DNA of 64,000 nt from Tetramitus jugosus (Eukaryota > Protista > Heterolobosea), in NCBI GenBank assembly GCA_937625935.1, contig OW569376.1, positions 248,001-312,000 of the forward strand. The letters run 5' to 3'. Positions 56,356 to 64,000 of the stretch are shown piece by piece. The notes under the pieces are model-generated. The model was not told the DNA's origin. It did no database searches and saw only the letters and a list, made by a program, of their open reading frames with translations. Each line of letters begins with the position of its first letter. Positions within the stretch are counted from its first letter, which is position 1. The translations under genes and the position numbers were made by a program.

Positions 56356-59300
56356 TCAAAAACCAAACAGTGTTCCTAGAATGTCCTGACTGTTGGTGCT
56401 TTGCGAGTCGTTTGTCGGTGTTGATAAGCTAAAATTGTTCAACTGTGGCGTGGTGGTGTCCTCCGAAGCAGCTGCGGGGGTTGCCTCCTCAAGGAAAGAG
56501 AAAGAAACCTTCTTGCTCTTATTCTTATTGTCAACCTTCTTCTTCTTGGCAGGCCGTTCTACTTCTTCGTCATCGCTGTCACTCGACGGATGCTTGTAGC
56601 TGTCATCGAAACGTGTTGAAAAGTTGAGTGCAGAGTTGTCCCAGGCGAACCACTGATCCTGCAACGTATTCTTAATGACTTTAAAGTACTTTGCATCTTC
56701 CCTCTGGTTGTCTGGATCACTGTTCTTGGTCGAGGCATCTACTTCATCATTCAGACGACGAAAGACTTGTCGCAGCAACTTGTTCGTGTACGTTCCTCCC
56801 ACATTATTCTCGAGTGGGGATTCCGTCTGATGACTAGCACTTGTCGAGTCTTGTGATGGAACAGTAGCCGACAGTGTATTTACAAAAGCATTGGTATCCA
56901 AAGAGCCCATATACTTTTGGAATCCAGAACTTTCGACTTGATCCTTATTCAATTGCACATTTAGTGCATTGGTAAATACACTCCATTGGGACAATTGGTG
57001 AAGAACAGTGTTTTCAATGGAACTCGAGATGACACTCGTTTCAAACTGTTGCACTCGCACTCTGTTACCTCTGAGAATTGCAATCACATCATCTGCACTC
57101 GATACACTTGCTCGGATTGGGGTGATAGACGTTGGAGCTATCGAACGAGCAGAATTTGCTGCCACATTTGTAATGGACTGTTGCAAGAGTGATAACAATG
57201 TATCTTCGCTATTTTCAATGTTGTTTCTCGCTTCGGCAGAGGTCTTATCCTGACCAAAGAGCAATGAAATGGCACTCAACTGATCTAGCAAGAGTTCTGC
57301 TCGTTGTTCCTTCTCTCTTGTGATCGTCTGATTTTCAGCTTCTTGTGTTGTTGTCGACGTAGTAGGATCTACAATCGCAACAGCGTTTGAACCGTTTTCT
57401 GTTGCTTCTGTTGTTTCTGATGATGTTATTGTTGGAGTGGCTGTCGCAGACTGAGAAGCTATGATTGCATGTGTGTCTTGCGATGGAGCACCAAACAAGA
57501 ATGAGCTGATTGAGTCTCCAGTAGTGCTGTCTTGACTCATCGTGATTGATGACAATGGATCAGGCATGATGCTTTCAGGAAGAGTCAAGGAGTTGTTAGT
57601 ACCACTGAAGAGGGATGATAAAATGTCTTGAGAGGTAGCACTTGCCGGCTGTGACTGCGAATTTGTGATTTGATTCAAGTCAAAATCGATATTGCTCTTG
57701 TTGCCAATAGATTGATGGGTCGTCAGTGGAGGTTGAGATTCGTTGGTGGTAGTGTAGGTGTTGTTGGATGAAGAATTCAGTTGAGAACTCAGATGGGAGG
57801 AGGAAGGTGTTGTGGGCACCATATTTTGTTGCTGTCGTGAGTAAGGATCCTGTGATGGTAGATTGTTTCCATGTAGTCGTGTTCCCAACAATGTACTCTT
57901 GGGCTGCTTGGAAAGTGTACGCTGCTGCTGCTTCCTTCTCCTCTTGTACTTGCTCATTCTCCTGGTAACTTCTTGAATCAATCGAGTCATAATATTGACA
58001 TCGGTATCATTCGTCACCGCTGCATACATGTAGATGGATGGATCTTCAATCTCCTGTGATTTAATAGGGCGTAAGTGTGGTGTCTGTTGTGGAGGTGGCA
58101 AGTATTTGGAGGAGATCCAATGAGTCAAGCGCAATCCATCATTGTGGTATGCAGATGAAAAGAGGCTAAGTGCATCCTTCACACGCTCAACACTTCGAAC
58201 CATATCATGAATTCCCTTCATGGATGGATGAGTGATTAAAAAGTTATAAATCTCCAGCAGAGTACAAGGGCCATTCATTTTAATCCAATAGAAGAGCCTC
58301 AAGATCATATCGAAACTCAACCTCAACGATCTTTTCTTCTTCTTTGCCAGCCGTGCATTTTTTTTCTTCAAACGCTTCACTATCTTCCTCGTTCGATAAA
58401 GTTTGGTGTAGCACTTGGCACACACTCGATCCTTTTTGTTGCACCAGACATCAGGATAGAGCTCACGACATGCATACACATATCTTCCAAGCCGATAATC
58501 CTTTTTCTTTGGGGAAGTTATGGCTTGGCAGCATGCGCACTTCCTTCCACCTTCACTCGTGCTTTGTTGAAAATAAGCAGCAGATGCGAAAGTGGATGCA
58601 GGACCACTTCCCACAGCAACAGAACCCAATCGACTGGCATCCACAACAAAATAATCTCTGTATGGTTTCATCATCTGATCAGATTGTATGTTTTGACGAG
58701 ATGATGTGATACCTAGACAATAGCTAAGTTCTGGTTGATAACAGGTACTGTTGTGTACGAGAGAATTCAATTCTTCATCATATTCGGTTAAATGGACATC
58801 AGCACCACCACTATCTGTTGTTGATGCAATCGGTACGGACGACTCATCCCTTCTCGCAGCTTGTTGTGTCACTTTTGTCCATGACAAAAAGTTGGGCAAG
58901 GAGTCCATGCATGATTTAGCAGCAGATCTCGCCGCCTTCACAACTCCATAATTCATCAACTCTGGTTCGAGACACTGAACAAACACATCACCCAACTCGC
59001 TAGCCTGGAACACTTTAAAGTACGACGACGGTGATTCGCCTGATGATGCATCACTATCAACCACACACAGTCCGTTCATCAACCTCCTCCGGGCACTCGA
59101 ATGGTAGTGGTGAGGAGATGTGAGAAAACTCGAGTCTGAAAAGCAATCCAGATGAATGGGCAAACCGTGGGCAATTGCCTGAGACACCACACTCGTATCT
59201 AATTCATATGTAATATCAGGACCATCCTTGGTTGTTGTTGGTTGCGACTTTCCAAAGAAGAAATTCGTATTCTTGTAGGTATTGAATCGACCAATAGACG

Positions 59301-62300
59301 CATTCCATCTCTTTCTGTCATAGATGCGAACTAATTGACGATAGTTTTCTGGTCTCTTAAAAGATCGGATGGCAACTTCGTGAGGGCTCTCATACGGATA
59401 CACAATCATATTCTTCAAGTAGGAATTGTAGGAGAAGAGCAGATTGATCGTGCATGGATTTCCTCGGCTGCTACTCGTGGATTCATAGCTGTGGAATAAG
59501 AGTTGATTGGGTGGATGCTCAGTTTGGCCATGCTCCCATTGCAACAATGGTCTATCATGCATTCTCTGATCATAAATTTGAATGAACTGATCAGTTGCCA
59601 ATGCAAACTCAAACAGATTGGATGGATTGTTTTTCATTGCATGAATAGGCCCTTGATACCGGACAATGGTCGATTGTGTGATGACAGGTTGTCTAAAATC
59701 TGTTAATCGAACCTGATGACCACTAGTGTTCCATATGATGCTCTGCGGAAAGTGCCCAAATAGTGAGATGAGAGATGAGCAGCATTCATTATTCCGAGAG
59801 GGTGATGAGGAGGAGGGTGATGATGATGCATCCAACAAGGGCACTGTTGTGATGATACTGTTGCTGACGCTGCTCCATACATGACAGTTACCTTCAATGC
59901 TCCCGAGATCATTTTGAGGGGTTATACATCTGATATTTAGCATGAACACACCATACAGTTGAGAGTGATGATGGTTCCATTCGATGTGACTCACCAGTTG
60001 ATCAAACCTCTGGAAAAACACGAGCTTCAAGCGATCAGTGTATATATGCACTGAGAATCTCGTTCTCACGGCAATCAATTGCTCCTGTGGAGAAAAGTAA
60101 TAGGAATATGGGTTCTTGGTCTTTTCATAGCCACTGCTGCTGTTGCGACTATTCGTTGCCTTTGCTGTTGTAACTTGCAGAATTGTATAATCCAACAAAA
60201 TGGGTGTCAAGGTCACTTTGGACAATAGAGATGGTGACACACGATGCACAGGAATCAGATTCAATTGATTCATGATTGGACCACTGCAATAAATTAAGTA
60301 ATGAACATTGTCAATCGTCATGTGATCCAGTGTGTTGCCCAATAAACATTCACTGCTCATGTGTTGTCTTGTGCAACGTTGATTCATGTCCTCGTCAATA
60401 ACACTTCTCAAAAAGTCATCTGGTATTCCACTGCCAGTGAATTGAGAGGATGAGGAGGAGGAAGATGAGATATCATGCATCATTGTGCTCATCCATCTTG
60501 TAACATTCTTGTACGTGCGAGAAGCACTAGATGATACACTGGGATGCAACTGATCACACCACTGGTATCCGTTTTGAAAATCGTTGAAACAGTACGGTTT
60601 CAGTGAATAATTAATGGGAGCAAATCGAATGACATCACTCTTCTCGTGAAGCAACATGTGATCATCCAGAGCGAGATTGGATGAAATGACTTGAGAGCAC
60701 ATCATTCGTTGATTGGCAATCATTTTGGTCAGATCGTCAGTGTCATCCGATGTCGTACTAATCAATGTATCACTCGCACTCGTGTTTGTTGTATAAGTCT
60801 CACTACTCGATACATTGTTCGATTCATTGTTGTTATTGTTACTGCTGCTATCATTGTTCATTATTGAAAGATTTTGACTGTTGCTGCTGCCGCTGTTGCT
60901 ACTCTTGTTGCGATAGTGTTCTCTGCTGATTCGGAATTCACCTCCACTGCTGTTCTCACTGCTCTGATGATTCGTGTAGCGTAAGTTTGTGCGATCATGT
61001 ATCGTTTTTCTCCTCTTGTAGTTGATGTGATTGGGTCTCGATGTCTTTGGTAGCTTGGACTTGAGATTATAGTGCTTCTGGAAGGAGTAACTGTGGTCAT
61101 TGATTTGTTGAGCTGGATACAGGAGTTGTGCATTAATGTAGGACAGAGATTTGAGAGGAACAGTCTGTATGCTAATGGAAGGCAACGGGAAGGGCTTTTT
61201 AAACACGTGCTTGGTTCGCGTCCTTGCATGTTTTCTCAATTTCAGACCCAAGATGTTAATTGTTGTCACAGGCAACAAATCTGTCAACTTTAAACGTTGT
61301 TTTTGTGGTGGTTGTGGTGGTTGCTGCTGTTGATCCTGTTGCTGTTGTTGCTGTTGTTGTTGTTGTTGTTGTTGGTGCTTCTTTTGCAAGAGTGCCAATT
61401 GATTCTTGTTGGTACGTGTAGCACGGTGTTCCTTCTCGGACATGCCCTTCTTCTGCTCCTTGGTGGTGGTGAGAACAGCTTTTGTTGTTGTTGTCGTTGT
61501 CATTGTTGATGAACCACTGACCTCCATCACTTCATCATCATCATCATCAACGTTATTATTACTCGAGGTGCCTACCTCTCGATCCCTATCATTATCATCA
61601 TCATCATCAGCAGTAGCACCACCACTACCACCACCAATAACAACACCACTTTCACTCTTATACGTGCCCTTTTGCGTCAACTCCAGTTTGTTCAATGATT
61701 GTTCTCGCATCATTTGCTGGCTCTCCATTTTCAATAGCTGTTGTTGCGTCTTTTTCTTCTTCTTCTTCCTCTTCTCATGCTGCTTATGATGCTTGTCCTT
61801 TCTATTGCTTGTATTCTTTAGATTCTCATCATAGAAACCATTGTCAACAAAAGACTTGAATCGAATATTGTCCAGTGTAATACTATTGTTTCGCAATGTA
61901 TCTTCTTCCATGATACTGTTGTTGTTGTTGTTGTTGTTGTCATCGTCTTCTTGCTCTCTATTCGACAATAGATTACGGCTACGATGAAGACGATTATGAC
62001 GCTTTCTACTACTACTACTACCACGAGGATTCTTCTTTCGTTCTCTACTCCTTGTGTTCGCATGAGCAGTATCATTGTTATTATCATTCTTATTATCATT
62101 GTTGTTATTGTTGTTATTGTTGTTAGTGTTAGTAGTGTTGTTGTGAGTGGTAGTAGGAATAGGAGTAGTAGGAGTAGTTGCTGTCTTGTTTGTATCATGA
62201 CCATCTGTTAAAGTGTACGTAGTTGTGGTTGTTGTTGATGGTGGTATGGTTTGATCATTTGAGTCACTGCTGCTCAGGAATGGTGAATCATTATCATCCA

Positions 62301-62775
62301 TCTGTTGTTGTTGTTGTTGTTGTTGTTGGTTGGAATCATCATCACTCTGACTCTTGTTAACATAAATATTTTGATTGTTCTTGTTGTTCTTGTCATGATC
62401 ATCAGATTCATCACTATCACTCAAGAATGGTGATGTATGATCATCATTATTTTCAGGTTGTGATGTCGATGGTGATAATGATTGTTGTTGTTGTTGTTGT
62501 TGTTTTGGAGATGATTCTTTTTTCTTCTCACTACTGCTGCTGCTGCTGCTGCTGCTGAGAAATGGTGAATCACTCAAGTCATCCTTTTGTTTTTGTTGGG
62601 AAGAAACTGTTGTTTGATCATGACTACTACTGCTGCTGCTATCACTCAAGAATGGTGCATCATCAACAATTGGTTGATTGTTTTTTGTCTTGTCTTCCTC
62701 TTCTTTTTTTTCATTCTTTTCATTATCATCAGCATCTTCATCACTACTGTCTGTCAAAAATGAACTATAAGTCGT

Positions 62776-62816
<41 letters not shown>

Positions 62817-63063
62817 GGTTGCTATGATTCGTATTTGAAGTATTGTTGTTGTCATTGTTATAGTGATGATGATAATCATTGACAATCATATCTTCATCAT
62901 CATTGTTATCATCATTGTATGATTGTAGAATGTCATGTGATCTTATGACCATTGCATTGCTATTGTTGTTTTCGGTGTTGTTATTGTTATTATTGTGCTC
63001 AAATGGATCATGGTAATACAAATCACCATATTCATCTTCTTCATCTCCATTCATTCGGCTCAT
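56356..63063 (-). CDS. TAF1C: TAF1C/Rrn6-like RNA polymerase I initiation factor with long extensions and a C4 zinc finger
   Basis: LIAVRTRFSV, VRLTDFR, IQIYDQRMHDRPLLQWEHG..PP, VFQASELGDVFVQ correspond to TAF1C segments (LAVRS.., LVDERLPLVPMLKWNHG..PP, LFQLSAAGDVFYQ). Confidence 0.75.
62777..62815 (-). repeat. (AAC)13 microsatellite encoding poly-Asn
   Basis: Directly visible as TTG repeats on the + strand. Confidence 0.95.
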
Positions 63064-63404
63064 GATTTATTGTTGATTGATTCGGTGAAACATCTATTAG
63101 GAATGTGTATTCGTTTTCTCCAGGAGGTCGTTGCCCGAAAATTCAAACTTTTTGTCGTGCATTTCTTGATTTTTGCCACCTCTTGAAATTCATTGAGGAA
63201 TGGAAAGCGCGGTTTTCTACCTTGTTGTTTATTAATAGCGAAATCGGAGTTTATTGACTCATAGTTCAATGAATTCAATATCGTCCAAGAGTCTCCTCCA
63301 GCTTCGACTCCACTCACACTACCATCTATTGAAACAACAACAGTCATCTCACCCACCCACTCACAACAATAACAACAACAACAACAACAACAACAAATAA
63401 CAAA

Positions 63405-64000
63405 ATGGTCATTACAACAGCATCCATGTACAAGAGTCTTGGTGAGGCATTGGCCATGGAGTCCAGTCATCCACCCAAAATCAAAGAAGCCTACACTCAA
63501 TACCTGTGCTGCATTGAAATGTTGATTGACAATATGAAGACGTTGGCAACCACTGACGACACTAATTTTTCACTTTCAATCGACAAGATGTACTATTTTA
63601 TTCGAGAGTGTACGCAACGGAGTGAACAATTGTTGTTGAGTCATCCTCACTTGTTTAAACAACAACAACAACAATTGTCATCTGCTGCAGCAACACCACC
63701 ATCGTCATCATCTCTCTCCTACATTATAACATCACCAAGATCAACACAATCTGATCATCAGAGCAGTCAATACATACAACAACGCGCAACAAACAAAATC
63801 AATAGTCCTAGCAATGGAACATTCCTCATCTCTGATACATCCTCTACTCTGACTCATAATCACAATTACAACAACAGTAATGATAATGATATGAACATGA
63901 ATAATTCGTATTATATTAACGCTGGTGATAATCATCATCATATGGTACCCACCACGACTATGAAACAAAAGTACAGTACGTACAGTCCGAGTGATCATCA
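63405..64000 (+). CDS. MIT-domain protein, VPS9D1-like N-terminus (3' partial)
   Basis: ATG 63405 (AAAATG) open to window end: ..LGEALAMES..KEAYTQYLCCIEML..KMYYFIRECTQRSEQL resembles VPS9D1 (AIELD..REAYTEYLRSI..KMLKLAQQCLERAQ). Not in ORF track because no stop lies in the window. Confidence 0.65.
   Translation, partial: MVITTASMYKSLGEALAMESSHPPKIKEAYTQYLCCIEMLIDNMKTLATTDDTNFSLSIDKMYYFIRECTQRSEQLLLSHPHLFKQQQQQLSSAAATPPSSSSLSYIITSPRSTQSDHQSSQYIQQRATNKINSPSNGTFLISDTSSTLTHNHNYNNSNDNDMNMNNSYYINAGDNHHHMVPTTTMKQKYSTYSPSDH

Noticed and set aside
1-64000. CRISPR arrays, tRNA genes, intact transposons, alternative genetic code or selenoprotein readthrough
   Set aside because: No spaced direct repeats, cloverleafs or transposase/RT motifs seen; TAA, TAG and TGA all terminate conserved proteins at expected ends.

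Overview
Compact, intron-poor eukaryotic (protist) nuclear DNA. It is not bacterial or phage: it has short spliceosomal introns (GTATGT/GTAAGT donors, often CTAAC/CTGAC-like branch points, AG acceptors), AATAAA signals that often overlap stop codons, and AAAATG start contexts. The gene style suggests a heterolobosean-like amoeboflagellate (inference). I support 27 protein-coding genes: eL22 (partial), two RCC1-repeat proteins, a ResIII/Irc3-type SF2 helicase, ARPC3, a hidden ubiquitin-like gene, PAAT-like, an orphan, a divergent CCT6/BBS-like chaperonin, FKBP15, two F-box proteins (one fused to an apparently dead Ras-like domain), Rab14, Rab3GAP1, a stand-alone AMSH-type MIT protein, a PTS1 Nudix CoA diphosphatase, Spinster, oligopeptidase B-like, S40-like, a small mitochondrial protein, AP-3 mu, CCDC86/Cgr1, LisH-RasGEF, CEP104, SMG1, a giant TAF1C/Rrn6-like protein and VPS9D1-like (partial). 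There is also an intron-retaining TKL kinase pseudogene and a solitary 5S rRNA-like gene. Most notable: (i) a GC-rich, foldable, unassigned element ending in ATTTTTG that directly abuts the 5S copy; (ii) near-perfect head-to-head/tail-to-tail gene alternation; (iii) an abrupt switch at about 31.8 kb to microsatellite-laden 5' gene ends; (iv) several catalytically degenerate or oddly fused proteins. All identifications are by eye from recalled family motifs; no database searches were run.
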